Source of the DNA: Camelus ferus
Lineage: Eukaryota
Length of the DNA: 64,000 nt
Assembly (NCBI RefSeq): GCF_009834535.1
Contig: NC_045697.1
Span: forward strand, 90,460,001 to 90,524,000
Direction of reading: 5' to 3'
This document shows positions 1 through 12,884 of this stretch, in pieces. A model generated the notes under the pieces. It searched no databases, was not told where the DNA came from, and saw only the letters and a list, made by a program, of their open reading frames with translations. Position 1 is the stretch's first letter, and the number at the start of each line of letters is the position of its first letter. A program made the translations under genes and the position numbers.

Positions 1-26
1 AAATAATTTGAACACCCAGTTCTCAC

Positions 27-184
27 TTATATTTACAGATAATTTTATCAATATATTTAAAGGAAATTGCCTAACTTTCCACTTCTTTCATCTGTTTGAT
101 ACAGCTCAATATTATGGAATTGGCAGAATTAAAATCTTCCAAAGACACCATTTACCAGTCTGAAGCCTTCACATTTAAATCCAG
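27..184 (-). pseudogene. Candidate exon remnant: GFKCEGFRLVNGVFGRF*FCQFHNIELYQTDERSGKLGNFL(frameshift)KYIDKIICKY
   Basis: tatttttag|CTGG...TATAA|gtgaga; the donor implies further exons beyond position 1. Confidence 0.48.
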
Positions 185-987
185 CTAAAAATACAGGTAG
201 AATTATTTCATTTCTTTTTTTGTTTAGTTTTTACATTTGATTGGCTTCCTCATTTTTTTTCTTTCTTAATTTTTTTAGTTTTTTATTGAAGTATAGTTTA
301 ATTTCTATAAACCAGGGTAGAATCCTTTTTAAAAGATACAGTAGTTGTAGAATCTCTAGATAATCAAAATGGCAATTTATTTTTAATCATATAAAAATTA
401 TGCACTTCATATCCAGCTGTCATGGAGCAATTGAGAAATTACTTTGAGGTAAACTTAAGTATGAATAAGTAATATAATAATATATCCTAAAGTTTTATGT
501 CATATGTGTGATTTTTTTTATTCATTATAAAAATACCTGTGTGATGTGGATAAAGGCAGTTTTTCTCCAGGCTATGAAAATAATTACTGAATAAAAATAA
601 AAATGAAAGGAATAAAATATTACAAATGTTTAGAAAATCAGTAAGGACATATTCCAAAACCTTCATATTAAAAATGAGAGAGAGAGAAAGAATCTTTGCT
701 TTGGAAATCTCAGATTACAACCATTCAGCATATTCAAACTCATTAAGACCACTGTATGTTGATTCCATATTTTTCATGTCATGATCTTCTAATGTAAGTT
801 AGTCTCAAGTGATTATATTCTTTTCTAAAATAAAATAAATAATTTCCTATATTCTTAGAGCTAGCACTTGCTAAGGAGAGAAAAATGAATGAGTAAGTGA
901 AAGAATTCTACAATATCTATAAACATCAGGGTCTTGAAAATGGAAATGAAGAAAAAGAAATTTAGTCTCTCTCTCCAAGTTAGTAAC

Positions 988-1597
988 CTGAAAATCAGTC
1001 TTTGCTCATAAAATAGTACCACAGAATCCGTTTCCAGGAACTTTATATAAATCTTTTCTTTTTCTTGTGAGTAGAGTCTTGCTTCTGTGTTCTATCATCA
1101 TATAAGTCACCAATCCATTGGGCTTCATAAGCTTATCCATGACTGTTGTATGAGAAGATAGACCTTTTTATGGAAATTTTTTGTGTTATAATATATATAA
1201 CAAAATTTGCTATTTTAACCATTATTATGTATAAAATTTAGTGGCATTAACTACATATACAGTGTTGTGCAACCAACATCACTATCTGTTTGATTGACAC
1301 AGAGGAGTATAAGAAGAGCGAAGATTTTTCTTAGAAAGCAATTCTGCTGGAATCAGTGCTGAATGTTAATGTTATTCCTTCATTTTCCAAGGCTCTCGAA
1401 GCTCCACTTTCTGGGTTAATGAGTTACCTAACTACATGTTAGGTATCTACAAATTTGGAACATCATGCTTTCCAAACATACCAAATTTCACTACCAGTTT
1501 CAATTAAAAGGGATTTCAAGAGTGTGAGGTATTGGATAGTCTAAAGCTGGTATGAATCAAAGGTCATAACAGTTATCTCCAACAAGCCTTCTTTCTC
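988..1597 (-). pseudogene. Candidate exon remnant(s) EKEGLLEITVMTFDSYQL*TIQYLTLLKSLLIETGSEI..., possibly one large exon split by an L1 fragment
   Basis: Pyrimidine tract at about 1600-1630 with a degenerate acceptor; donors gtatgt (1481) and TTTCAG|gttact (987); stop-poor frames on both sides of the L1 fragment. Confidence 0.38.
1172..1291 (-). mobile_element. Short old L1 3'-end fragment (L1MB/MC-like)
   Basis: ttttaaccatt..tgtataaaatttagtggcattaa..acatatacagtgttgtgcaacca is the reverse complement of a eutherian L1 3' end. Confidence 0.7.
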
Positions 1598-1762
1598 CAT
1601 AGAAAGAAAATCATGATAAAAGATACAGAAAGTAAAATATTCCTTTTTCTCAAAAAACTAATTTTTTTTTGTTAGAAGATAAAGATGATCTTCTATTCAG
1701 GCAAGGAAACTGGTTAGATTTTCTCTCTTTTTTTTTTTTTTTCAAGAAAATGTCAAATTTAC

Positions 1763-1902
1763 CTTTTGCTCTTTTTTTTCTATTTTGGTTGATTTCTAAG
1801 TATACGGATCTGCTCTTAATTAAGAACACAGAACACATGAACTTAGGTTCCTTGCCAGAAAATGAAGCCTCAGATTGGCTACTGTCCAATTTTTATCAAA
1901 AG
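1763..1902 (-). pseudogene. Candidate exon remnant (phase 1>0): FDKNWTVANLRLHFLARNLSSCVLCS*LRADPYT*KSTKIEKKEQK
   Basis: poly-T...caacttag|CTTTTG...AAAAG|gtaaat; 140 nt. Confidence 0.5.
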
Positions 1903-2256
1903 CTAAGTTGAAAAAAAAAAAAAAATATATATATATAGCATTACTGAAAGGACATACAATCCATTCATTCCATGAGAAGTTTTAACTTTTATTCCTGTGT
2001 GTCAAGATAATATTTGAAGATATTAAACCAAAATTTCCATCATCCCACAACCAGTTTTCCAGCACTCTGCTTCAACACTGAGGCTACAGCAATAGCTTTC
2101 TATGTGAGCTGCTCCTGGGCTAGAGCATATACAGAAAGAAAATAGAGTCAAATTCTTGGCTTTTGAGTTCATAAGTAGACTTTTGTAAATCTATGGCATG
2201 TTCTGACTCTCGATGTCACTAGCAATATGAATGAAATGAAAGGGTATTTTGAATTT

Positions 2257-2312
2257 AATATATATATATTATATATACATATATAATATATATATATATT
2301 ATATATGTATAT
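2257..2312. repeat. (TA)n microsatellite containing a perfect 40-bp palindrome (2273-2312)
   Basis: atatacatatataatatatatatatattatatatgtatat equals its own reverse complement. Confidence 0.9.
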
Positions 2313-3342
2313 CACCTTCCCTTAAAATATCAAAATTCAGAACCTAGTATATATACCGTGAATATAGAGTAAGGAAGCATGTTTGATAATATAAAATCAA
2401 ATTTTGGCCCCCAAAGTGATAAAAATCCAGCAAGAGTGAGGAAGAAAAAGATCAGAGAGTATGTAGCCAGGTGTTAGATCCTAACGGGTACATGAGAAAG
2501 GACCCCAATACACTGCTCCCCAGTCATAGTTGAATCTAGAAGCTAAGCATGCTCAGTATACTGTGCTGCTGTAGAACTCTGTGGAAGACTGTTGACTCTT
2601 TGAAGCTCCTGCCCTAGAAGCTTACAGCAAAGCTGTGGTGGGCCAGCCTGGGGCTGCTGTTGGTTCGTAGGCCAGGCAGTTGGAAAGAGAGCTGGAAGCG
2701 AAATGAGGAAGCAGGAGGATAACCTGAAAACTGCTGGCATCTTGGCATCTGTCTTCACTGCCTCTAACCAATAATACCTTTCCAAGTATAATGGATGCTG
2801 CTTTCACTTCTGCCTCCCAGACCTCCTGCAGCTTCCCTTATGGCCAGTTAGAACCTGCCAGTGAAGCACAGTTTACAGCATAAGCAAGTCCACAATGGAA
2901 GGATCTAGTAGATTACTGTGGGTCAAAGTGAGAGTAAAAGGCTGGGTTAAGCAAGGATACACATGAAAAGGAAGAAAGAAAGCATTCCAGTGGGGGGATG
3001 AGGGGGAAGCAAAGAGAAAGAAAGCATTCCAGATGAAGCAACAGAATGACCAAAGGCACAAAGGTGGAATAAACATAGTGTGTCTTCTGGCCCTCCACTC
3101 CTTGGCAGAGAGTGACCTAGATGTGATGTCTCCTGACCTACCAATGGCAGGAAGTACTTTCCTCCTGCAAAAGCAAAGATTGAGCAGGAAGCACACTGGA
3201 CTGTTTGACCAAATGATAGGCCAGATAAAATATTGCTCTCTGTCTCATGGGTCCACCATCCTCCATTCACCACCTAGCTTGGTCCAGTCAACCTGGAGTC
3301 TTATGAGAAATAATAAACAAATGCTGGGTTTTTTTAAAGGGC

Positions 3343-3671
3343 TTTTTTTTTTTTAGAGGAATTTCAGATTTACAGCAAAATTGAGAGGATGACACAGAGA
3401 TTCCCATATACCCTTTGGCCCCCACATGCATTGCCTCCCCCATTATCAGCATCACTCACCAGAGTGGTACATTTGTCATAACTGATGAACCTTCCTTGAC
3501 ACATTATAATCACCCTAAATCCATAGTTTACATTAAGATTCTCTCTTGCTGTTGTGCCTTCTATGGGTTTAGACAATGTATAATGACATATATCCTTCAT
3601 ATAATATCATACAGAGTATTTTCACAGCCCTAAAAATCCTCTGTGCTCTGCCTGTTTATCCCCACCACCAT

Positions 3672-3709
<38 letters not shown>

Positions 3710-4570
3710 CTGGCAGCAGCTGATCTTTTTATTGTCTCCCTAGTTTTGCCTTTTCCAGAATGTCATACAGTTGGAATCACATAGTAAGTAGCCTTTTCAG
3801 ATTGGCCTCTTTCACTTAGTAATATGCATTTGTTTCCTCCGTGTCTTTTCATGGCTTGATAATTCATTTCTTTTTAGCGCTGAATAATATTCTGTGGTCT
3901 GGATGTACCAAAGATTTATTTATCTATTTACCTACTAGAGGACATCTTGATTGCTTCCAAGTGTTGGCATTTATGAATAAAGCTGCTATAAACATCCTTA
4001 TGCAGGTTTATGTGTGGACATAAAATTTAAACTCCTTTGATTAAATAAATACCAAGGAGCGTGATTGCTGGATCACATGGTAAGAGTATGTTTAGTTTTA
4101 TAAGAAACTGCCAAACTGCCTTCTAAAGTGGTTGTAGCATTTTGCATTCCCACCAGCAGTGAGTGAGAGTTCCTGTTGTTCCACATTCAAATCAGCATTT
4201 GGTGTTGCCAGTGTTCTGGATTTTGGCCATTCTAAACCATGTCTAGTGGTATCTCGTTGTTTTAATTTGCATTTCCCTGATGACATAGGATGTGAAACAA
4301 TTTTTCGTATGCTATTTGCCATCTATTTGCCATGTGTCTGCTCGGGTCTTTGGCCCATTTGTAAAACAGGTTGTTTGCTTTCTTATTGTTGAGTTTTAAG
4401 AGTTCTTGTATGTTTTGTATAGCAGTCCTTTATCAGATGTGTCTTTTGCAAATATTTTCTTCCACTTTGTAGTTTGTCTTCTAATTCTCTTATTGTCTGT
4501 CACAGAGCAGAAATTTTTTAATTTTAATGAAGTTCAGCTTATCAACTCTTTTTTTTCACAGATCACGTCT
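3343..4570 (-). mobile_element. Old L1 (L1MC/MB-like): 3' UTR and ORF2 end
   Basis: poly-T start followed by canonical L1 antisense text (ttgcattcccaccagcagt, gtatctcgttgttttaatttgcatttccctgatgac); (CA)n at about 3675-3707. Confidence 0.9.
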
Positions 4571-4884
4571 TTGTTGTATAACAAATGCTGTTTTAAGCCA
4601 CTACATTTTTTGAGTGGTATGTTGTGCACAGTAGTTAACTCGTACTCACCTCAGAATCCATGACTAAACACCCTGAATTCATCAACTTTATCGCTGTGAA
4701 AAATATGCTTCCCCTTTCTTATTTTCTATTTTGTTTATCCAGTTATCTAAGTGTAAAATCTAGGAGTCATCTTACTGCCTTCCCACTCTTCATTTATCTT
4801 ATTCTGTAGGCAAAAGAGAGCTGCTGAAAGATTTTAAGTGGGGGAGGAAACAAACAGATTTTTACTTTAGAAAGATCTATACTG

Positions 4885-5700
4885 GCAGTTTTCAGAGTGT
4901 GGCCCAAGAAGCCCTTGGGTCCTCAAGACCATTTCAGAAGGTTTTCAAGTTCAAAAATATTTTCATAATAATATTTATTGTTCATTCTTACTTTTTATGA
5001 TTGTACAGTGGAGGCTTACCAAGGCTATGTGACATCACAACAGACTGAATGTAGAAATAGATATGTGAAACAGACTCACAGACATAGAATACAGACTTGT
5101 GTTTGCCAGTGGGTAGAGGGGTGGGAAGGGATAAACTAGGAGATCGAGATTTATAGATGCTGACTGGTATTTGTAAAATAGGTAAATAAGTTATTACTGT
5201 ATAGCGCAGGGAAATATATTCAATATCTTGTTGTAGCTCATGGTGAAAAAGAATATGAAAATGAATATACATATATTCATATATGACTGAAAAATTGTGC
5301 TGTACACCAGAAATTGACACAACATTGTAAACCGACTATAACTCAATAAAAAATATACATATGAACATAAAAAAAGAAATAGATATGTGAATCCATCTTC
5401 TATTGAATCAAACATGATAGTCTTGCAAAAAAATAAAAAGCAATGCTACTCTTCTCACTAAATTTTATTTTATTTTGTAAAATATATTTTTCATAAAAAT
5501 GTGTTATTTATGTTAACATGTAATGAGGTTATTTTTAGCTTTAAATTTTTAATTTAATTTTAAAGTTCCTCAGTGTTAATTTTTAGTATATTAAATATTT
5601 CTGTCACCCACATAAGCAAAAGCTTTTTGGGGTCCTCAATAATTTTTGAGAGCATAAAGGAGCCTTGAGATCAAAAAAAAAAAAAAAAACTACTTATCTA
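4885..5700. mobile_element. hAT/Charlie-like non-autonomous DNA transposon interrupted by a young L1 3' end
   Basis: Charlie-like text (cagactgaatgtagaa..gatatgtgaatcca..tctattgaatcaaacat..tactcttctcactaaatttt) resumes across the L1 target-site duplication (TSD). Confidence 0.6.
5070..5374 (+). mobile_element. Young lineage-specific L1 3' UTR fragment with 17-bp TSD
   Basis: agaaatagatatgtgaa at 5053-5069 and 5375-5391; ends ctcaataaaaaa plus A-tail; closely similar to 24220-24480. Confidence 0.92.
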
Positions 5701-6235
5701 GACTATAGGCAATATGGTAGGTGTTTTCAAAAAGTGCCAGATTATAGGCAAGAAGGTAAGTAAGAAGCCAGTTGGATACTTTCAAAGTGAAAGCTGTGCT
5801 AACATAAACAATAGCAATGTAGATGGGCAGGAAGAGATGGATAAAAGAGGTGTTAAGGAGGTAGAATCAAGAGGCCTTAAGAGTTAAAAGTATTTGTGGA
5901 GGATAAAGGAATGGGGAGACTCTAGGATCACTCCTGGGTTTCTGGCTTAGGAAACCACCCACTGAAAAACTACAGCTTATCTTTAAATGCCAAGGTCTTT
6001 TTCTCTGTGAAGCCTTTATTGACCTACCCAAGTTTGGTGTCACACAATGGCCTAAAATCTAACTCCAGTCTTATACCTGCCCCACTGATTACAGTCATTT
6101 GTCTGAATGCCTGTACCTGCTACTGGACTTGAGTTTCCTGAAGCTAGAGATAATGTCTTACTCGCTTATGTCCTCAGTGCCTCCACAGTGCCTGCCATGT
6201 ATCATAGGCACTCAACAGATGTCAGATGAGTGTAT
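5700..6235. mobile_element. L2 fragments
   Basis: L2 hallmarks (ttcctgaagctagagataatgtctt...cacagtgcctgcc...ataggcactcaa). Confidence 0.6.
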
Positions 6236-6811
6236 AATAGGTACAAAAACGATTGATTCATCCCTACCCTTTCTGCTTACTAAAAAGTGTCTTGTCTTGG
6301 TCCGCTAGCTTCCCTACCACTTTGACCCATTAAAATGAGTTCAGTTTTGCCAGAAATTCCCAGATTTTGAGAAAGAGAGGACAAACTGGAAAGGCAAAAA
6401 GAGAAGACCAAGAAAAAGTAAGAGACAGAGAGGCAGGTTTGGGAGAGAAATATTGGGGACTTAGCATAAACAGAGGCAGCAGGGATGTGAAGGGACATGA
6501 GAGAACAAGGAAGAAGATAGAAGGCTTCTAGGAGGAGTTCTAAGGGTTCATAACTAAGGGTTATGAACTTGTCGTTCACTTAATACTCTTAAGGAGGCCC
6601 AAATAAATGTGGGAATTACTTTGTAATTACTTTTGGTTGCTAGACTGTTTCTTTAATGTAGTACTGTGCCAAAACTAGGCCATATGGGGCTTAGGAATTT
6701 ATTTGGATTATAAATGAAGCATGCATGCATGAACCAATTTAACATGAGATATTTTCCACTGAAAGACTTATGTTTCATAGTACTTTGTGTGAATTTTTGT
6801 TAAGCACGTAC

Positions 6812-7049
6812 AGAGTCTTCAGTTTCAACCTAAGCTGTTGCCTCTGCTAGGATTCAGACATGTCTAGGGCATGTCTGATGAGGTAGTGGTAGCCCACAAG
6901 TGTCTATTAACACAAATTGATCTGCCAAGGGGTGCAGAACGGCTGCAAGGAATAGGACTTTTCAAGGCACACTGTGGGAGACATCTGAGATTTGAAGGGA
7001 ACAACATGGTGGCTATCATGCTCAGGACTCAGAGACTCATGTTTGAGCT
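6812..7049 (-). pseudogene. Candidate exon remnant (238 nt, frame ambiguous)
   Basis: tctctctctccttag|AGCTC...ACTCT|gtacgt; overlaps track ORF 6907..7104. Confidence 0.45.
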
Positions 7050-8668
7050 CTAAGGAGAGAGAGATGCTATCAGCAAAAACCAGGGGGGAAACATGTTTTC
7101 CCAAAGGACCTTAAGAGACACCATCTAAGACCCTCTTTGTGTGCCGCCTGACAAAATATATTGTGTGTGGAACACAGCTTGTTCCTGGACCTGGGTCAAT
7201 TGCAGGACATGCAACTCTACGTGGCCCCTGAAGCTTGCAACTTTGGGAGCTTCAGAAGTATAGTGACAGGAGGCAGCAACTGCTTGCAGATATTTTCTTA
7301 GGTAGAAGACATCATTGAGCAGAAGGGCTATCTACAAGTACGTAGGAGATGCCCCTTAAAGATACCCTAAAAATATACTCTGCAGGGAGTTTTCAGGAGG
7401 CCAAGGTTCTCACAAGTCAATAAAATCTGAGTTGTTAGAGTTAATGTGACCTCATCTGTACCCACCAGATTCTAGCACAAACCATGTGATGACACAAGCC
7501 TAGCACCACACTCTGTTAAAGAATGAATATTTGTTGCATTGATAAATGGATCTCTTATTTTATTTAGTAATAAATCCTACTTCATTTCAGAAAAGATTTG
7601 AGGCAGCTGTCTAGTTTATTATACAATGAGTTGCAGCCTAAAGCTATTCAGTTGAAACTTTTTTTTTTCTAAAATCTAAGTGACATCATGATCAAAAGTC
7701 TTATTTTTTAAGCATTTGTTCACATGTGCTGTTGCACTGAGGCCCTTCGCCGAGAAAACCTCACAAACCTGACCCATGTTCTTTGGAATTCTGCAGTCTG
7801 AACTAGGTCAAGAACTCATTTCAGGAAGGGAATGATAAGATTAAAAGTTTCTATTTATAAAGAATGAGGAAAAAGGAAAACAAATGAGAAAAAGGAAAAA
7901 TTAGCAGTCTGGGACAGAGCACTATGTCCTATCATGAATGTTATATAGAACCCATGGATTTGTTTTCTTTTACAAAGGAACTGTATGGAAACCTTTGTCT
8001 CCCTTTACATCACCTGTTACCACCATTTTGCATTTTTATAGCATATGCACCTAAAAGGCTCACAAATCTTCTCTTAAAAGTTGTTGTGTGGTAGAGGATA
8101 AGGGCTATTTTTGTTTTATTGATAGTGAATCTTTGCTAATCTTTCAAAGAATGGTTTACTCCCACAGATGCCTTTGGGTTTCGTTGATAACTGAGTGAGA
8201 ATGTTCCAGAGACAGAGTGACCTGCAAAGAACTATATTATAATCTTAAAAAAAAAATCTTAAAAAAGGGATCAAAATTAGCCTTCAAAAGTCCAAAAATA
8301 TGAAATATTATGGTTCCTTTTCTGTTTTTCCTTCTGCACAGGTAGTTTTTAACTTTCTCCCAAGAAACAATTATTTTTCACTTCTAAGAAACCCAACATA
8401 AAACAAAGAAATTCTAAAAAGCTATTGGTTTCACTTTTTCTTTAGAATTCCTGTACACCCTTGTAAAAAATTCATCTGACTCCAGTGCCAGCAAAAAGAA
8501 TCTGAAATTTGATCTTCTTCTAGTAGTAAATTAAATAAAGATTTTTAGACACCAGTCAGATTTCATACTACTTCACAGATGTTGCAATGAAAAAGGCAAA
8601 ACCTGTTATGATTTCCAATTAGTAAACTGCTCATTTCCATTGCTGGGCTTGAAGCTAAACACAGGTAC

Positions 8669-8900
8669 CATGATACATGTGGCGCTGCAGAGACTTAGGC
8701 CATGTTCAGACATTACACAGGTGTCCTTCATAAATGTCAGAGACAAAATCGACAATTCCTTAGAGACTGGAGTTTTCAGGGCTAAAGCTCTAGACACATT
8801 CATCACAGAAGCGGGCAGGATGCCATTGCCCCAAAGCAGAGCCAAGCCATGCGTGCTTAGTTACATTAAGATCTTGCAGCACATCGAGTAATCAGGGGCC
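8669..8900 (-). pseudogene. Candidate exon remnant (phase 2>0): APDYSMCCKILM*LSTHGLALLWGNGILPASVMNVSRALALKTPVSKELSILSLTFMKDTCVMSEHGLSLCSATCIM
   Basis: tttccattttag|GGCC...CATG|gtacct; 1 stop in 77 codons in the chained frame; several retained CpGs. Confidence 0.55.
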
Positions 8901-9654
8901 CTAAAATGGAAACCCAAGCATTAGAGTAGAAAAGTCATCATGGGAAGTAAAATCACAGGCATTCAGTTTCAACTTGTGGAAGCTTATGGTAGAATTGCAG
9001 TCATTTTCTCTGGACTTTCTACAGCAAAAGGAAATCAAATTATTCCAGGAGGAAAATATGCTGTGGTTTTCTTTTCCGAGGAAAACACAATTTGCTCTCT
9101 CCTATTATGTTTGACTGAGGTCAGAATTGACATTGTTGCCAGTGTGTCTGCTATTAAAAGTCTTGAAAAAGCCTTTAAATAATGGCAAGTTAAAAAGCAG
9201 AGCAGACAGAGAAAATCCCAAAGGTTTTCTTTTTGAAGCTAATATGAATCATTCATTTAGTTCAGTAGCTTGAAACATTTATGTATAAACACACTCAGAA
9301 AAATTAGTGATACTATACATAACATGAGTCATTTAAAACCTCATCTTCTTACATGAGAAAGTCCAGTCTTTAACCTGGCTCAGTCTGAGCAAATGTTTCA
9401 TTATTTAAGAGTTCATTCGATATTTTAATGGTAAATCTTTAGCTTAGCTTCATTCTGAATGTTATTTCACCTAAAGTTTTAGCTTCCTCTAAAGCATTTA
9501 GGAATTTTTCTTTAAAGACATTTATTAAGAAAAGCCAATAGAAAAAAAAAAACAACCCAAACTGAAAAAAAAAAAAAAAAAAGCCAGTAGAATTCAGGAA
9601 GTTTATACTAACCCAAGCATACAATTCTTAGAGAATTCCAGGACAGTAATTAGT

Positions 9655-10125
9655 GATAGTTTAGGTTAAGCAGCTATAATAAGACACCCGAAACTGAGTG
9701 GTTCAAACAAATGGAATTTTATTTCTCTTCTATGAAACAATTCAGATATAGATGAGTAGTCCACAAAACTACCCAGAACCCAAATCTTCGTACGTTTTCA
9801 TTCTGCATCCCCTGACATATCATACTGGCCAAATGATTAAAATTGAGTCACCAGCAGTTGAGTGTTCCAGCCAAGAAGAATGGGGAAAAATAGAAAGTAG
9901 AGGGCAGGCAACTTCCTTTTAAAGAAGCAAGACACAAGCTGCCTACATCACTTTTGCTCACATTCTGCTGGCAAAAAATTATTCACACAGCTACAACTGC
10001 TAGTCAAAGAAGCTAGAAGATGTAGTGCTTAGCTGGAAAGCTATGTGTCTAGCTAAAATTCAGAGATTCTCTTCCTAAGACGAAAAAGAGAATGGATACT
10101 GGGGGGCAATTGTAGCCTCTGCCAC
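9655..10125. mobile_element. Old MaLR (MLT1-like) LTR
   Basis: ttaggttaagcagctataat...atttatttctct...cacttttgctcacattctgctggc...agatgtagtgcttagctgg. Confidence 0.6.
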
Positions 10126-10468
10126 AGACAGTGTATCCTGAAGTGCATTAAGGAAAAACTAGTTCCATGAAATGTCAACAGGCTTACCAAAAAACAAGTT
10201 CTTTATAGCTGGACTTAATACACTAATGGTTAAACTCTATGAGGAAGGAATAGCTTTACTACAATTCCTAGACTGATTTGACCATGGGTCCTGTTTTTCA
10301 AAGGTCAACTCAGAGCTAATATGAGGTGGAACGCATTTTGGGAAGCACTACTCTGGAATACTACATTTAAATTCAATTAACTCTGGTTACATAGCAAAAT
10401 TTACCCAAGAGGAAAATGAAAACAGTGGCATATTCACGTGCTATACTCTTTGAAAGAACTGAATATAC

Positions 10469-10543
10469 CTAAATACTGCATATTTGAATTGTTACAGTGA
10501 GCTCCTTGTGAAGATTAGTTTGTGAAACTATCTTGCTTTTTCC
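10469..10543 (-). pseudogene. Candidate exon remnant (phase 2>2): EKAR*FHKLIFTRSSL*QFKYAVF
   Basis: tcttttctcctcttttaag|GGAA...TTTAG|gtatat; 75 nt. Confidence 0.5.
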
Positions 10544-11069
10544 CTTAAAAGAGGAGAAAAGAATTTCTCCATGAAAGACAGAATAAATGCATATGATAGA
10601 CATTCTACATAATGGAGTGTCCAAATGGTTAATAGTCTAGCCCAGGCTGAATCAGTAAGTATAAGACCAAGTTCATAAGACCACAAGTCAAGTAGTTTAA
10701 CAAATGGAATATTAATTGAACATTGTTTATGATGCCAGATCAATGTCCTTTAACACACAAAGCTACAGGGCAGGGTCCAGTTAATTGGAACCCTTGTATC
10801 ACCTTGTGTACATGGGACTGGGGTACAAGGTGAGGCAATGGAGGCTACACAGGCTGAGAAAACACCCTAAGACTAGTTCACTGTTCAATTATCAACAGAG
10901 TCATCACCAGTGCTTACTTTTCTTATCTTTAAGGAAAGTCAAGTGTCTAGCATACTCTAAGGTCATCATACAAAGAGTTACTACATAATTTTGCCATCTG
11001 GGGAATGGATTTCTATATTTGTTCAGTTCACATTGCCTATATCAATGGTTCATTTCTCTTTGAAAGAGC

Positions 11070-11555
11070 ACTGCTAAACTTGTGGTGAAAAGGACTTTGG
11101 AACCCACCAGACCTGAGTTCAAATCCTGACTTCAGCACTTCCCAGCTATGTCACTTCAAATAAGCTATCTGACATGAGCCTAAGTCTCCTTGTCTATAAT
11201 ATAAAGACTATAATATCTACCTCATAAAATTTTTGTGACAATAAAATAGGAAGTAGTATGTAGAGTACCTAGCACAATGGCTGCCACATAATAGGGGTCC
11301 TCAAATTATAAATTGTTTTTCATTCTTACCACTCTTCCCCAGAATAGTGATTAAACCATGGGTATTAAAGAGATACATACCTAAGTTTAAGGCCTTGCTC
11401 TGCCTCTTAGTAGCTACGTACCATGAACCAGTTTTTTTAATCCCTCCAGGTCCCTGTTTCCTTATCTAAAAACCAATAATAATAGTACTTACTTTATTGG
11501 ATTATTAAGGATAAAATATAATATTAAGACGTTAATCCAGTGGCAGGCATATATT
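11070..11555 (+). mobile_element. Two adjacent MIR SINEs
   Basis: agacctgagttcaaatcctgacttcagcacttcccagctatg...; ttgctctgcctcttagtagctacgt...gtttccttatctaaaa..aataataatagtacttac. Confidence 0.75.
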
Positions 11556-12728
11556 GTATTTCATCAAACCTAAGACTTCACCAACCTTAAGTTACATCCT
11601 GATTTTAGAGACATGCAAATATGGAAGAAAAATATGTGCATCTTGTTGATAAAATGTGGTAGTACACACCTAATACATATTAATTGTTGTTATATATAAT
11701 TTATTGTTAAGGAGACTTGCATGAGACCAAGGTAAAACTTACAGAGATTGAAAAGATCAACAACTTTAGTCCTAGAGAGCTAAGTGAAATCAGGAGAGCT
11801 AACATTATGGCCACAATATAGCATGATTAACACAATCATAAAGCCATATCTGTGGTATGGAGATACTAGAGAAGAAACCACAATAAACTCTGGCCTAGGA
11901 TTATGGGGCAGGAGATGAAGGAGATGAAGATGGAAAGAAAAAGTTTCACAAAGAATTGATTCATAAACATGGTTCTGAAGAATGAACAGAGTGTTTAACA
12001 GCTAGGAATGGACATCCCAGACAGAGGAGAAAGCAACTGAAAAATGACGAGTGTAGAGGGAACACGAGATAGCTCAGCAGTACTGGCATGCAAATCGCTT
12101 TCATGTTGGAAAAGAGCATTCACAGGAATCCACATGGCCTGCAAAGATAAGCCCTCTTCATTCCCTGAAGGGATGGCTTCCAAGTAGAGGAATTTAAATC
12201 CATTCAGAGGAGAAACATAAAATAAATGTACGTAATCGCCTAACCCTGTAGGATAATATAAAAAAGATGAGAGAAGTCTCTAGGGCAAGAAGAAAAATAG
12301 ACTTGCAGATCCTATTTCCTAAAGAAAAGTATGTACTAATCAAAGAACAAAAGATGACAAATTTGAGCGTCCTTCATGTTTCCAAGAGACTTGTTTCAAA
12401 CTTGCAAATAGATCATTCTTAAAAAAAAAAAAACAAAAACACCATTAAGCACATTTCATTTACATTCTAAATTTTAAATTTTACTTTATTATCAGTACAA
12501 TGATCCCATCTTGCTGGTCCCAAAGCACATTGAGTTTTATTCTAGTTCTTATGCTAATATCAGTTTCTAAATAACAACAAATGGATTTTGTACATATTCT
12601 GAGGTATTACATCTTTTTCAAATGTGTGGAAGATGTAATACCAAATGTTTGGAATCAGTAGACAGTCAAATTTTGATCCAAAAATTCCCATCAGAAAGAT
12701 CACTATAAGAAGAACATATTATTCTTAC

Positions 12729-12884
12729 ATTAAAAAACTAACAACCCTCATTGAGCTATTCAATGTATAGGACATGGAACCAACCTCCTTGAATTTCTGC
12801 TGCACTCTTGAAATATTACACCTTGAGTTTTTTGTATATACCTTTTCCTGACCACTTTGCATATATAATGAAAATTCTGGAGGG
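12729..12884 (-). pseudogene. Candidate exon remnant (phase 2>2): PPEFSLYMQSGQEKVYTKNSRCNISRVQQKFKEVGSMSYTLNSSMRVVSFL
   Basis: tttccattttctgcttag|CCCT...TTAAT|gtaaga; 156 nt, fully open (track ORF 12725..13045). Confidence 0.65.

Noticed and set aside
105..196. Plus-strand exon (acag|CTC...ACAG|gtagaa)
   Set aside because: Stops in all three frames and no partner exons on the plus strand; the overlapping minus-strand segment fits better.
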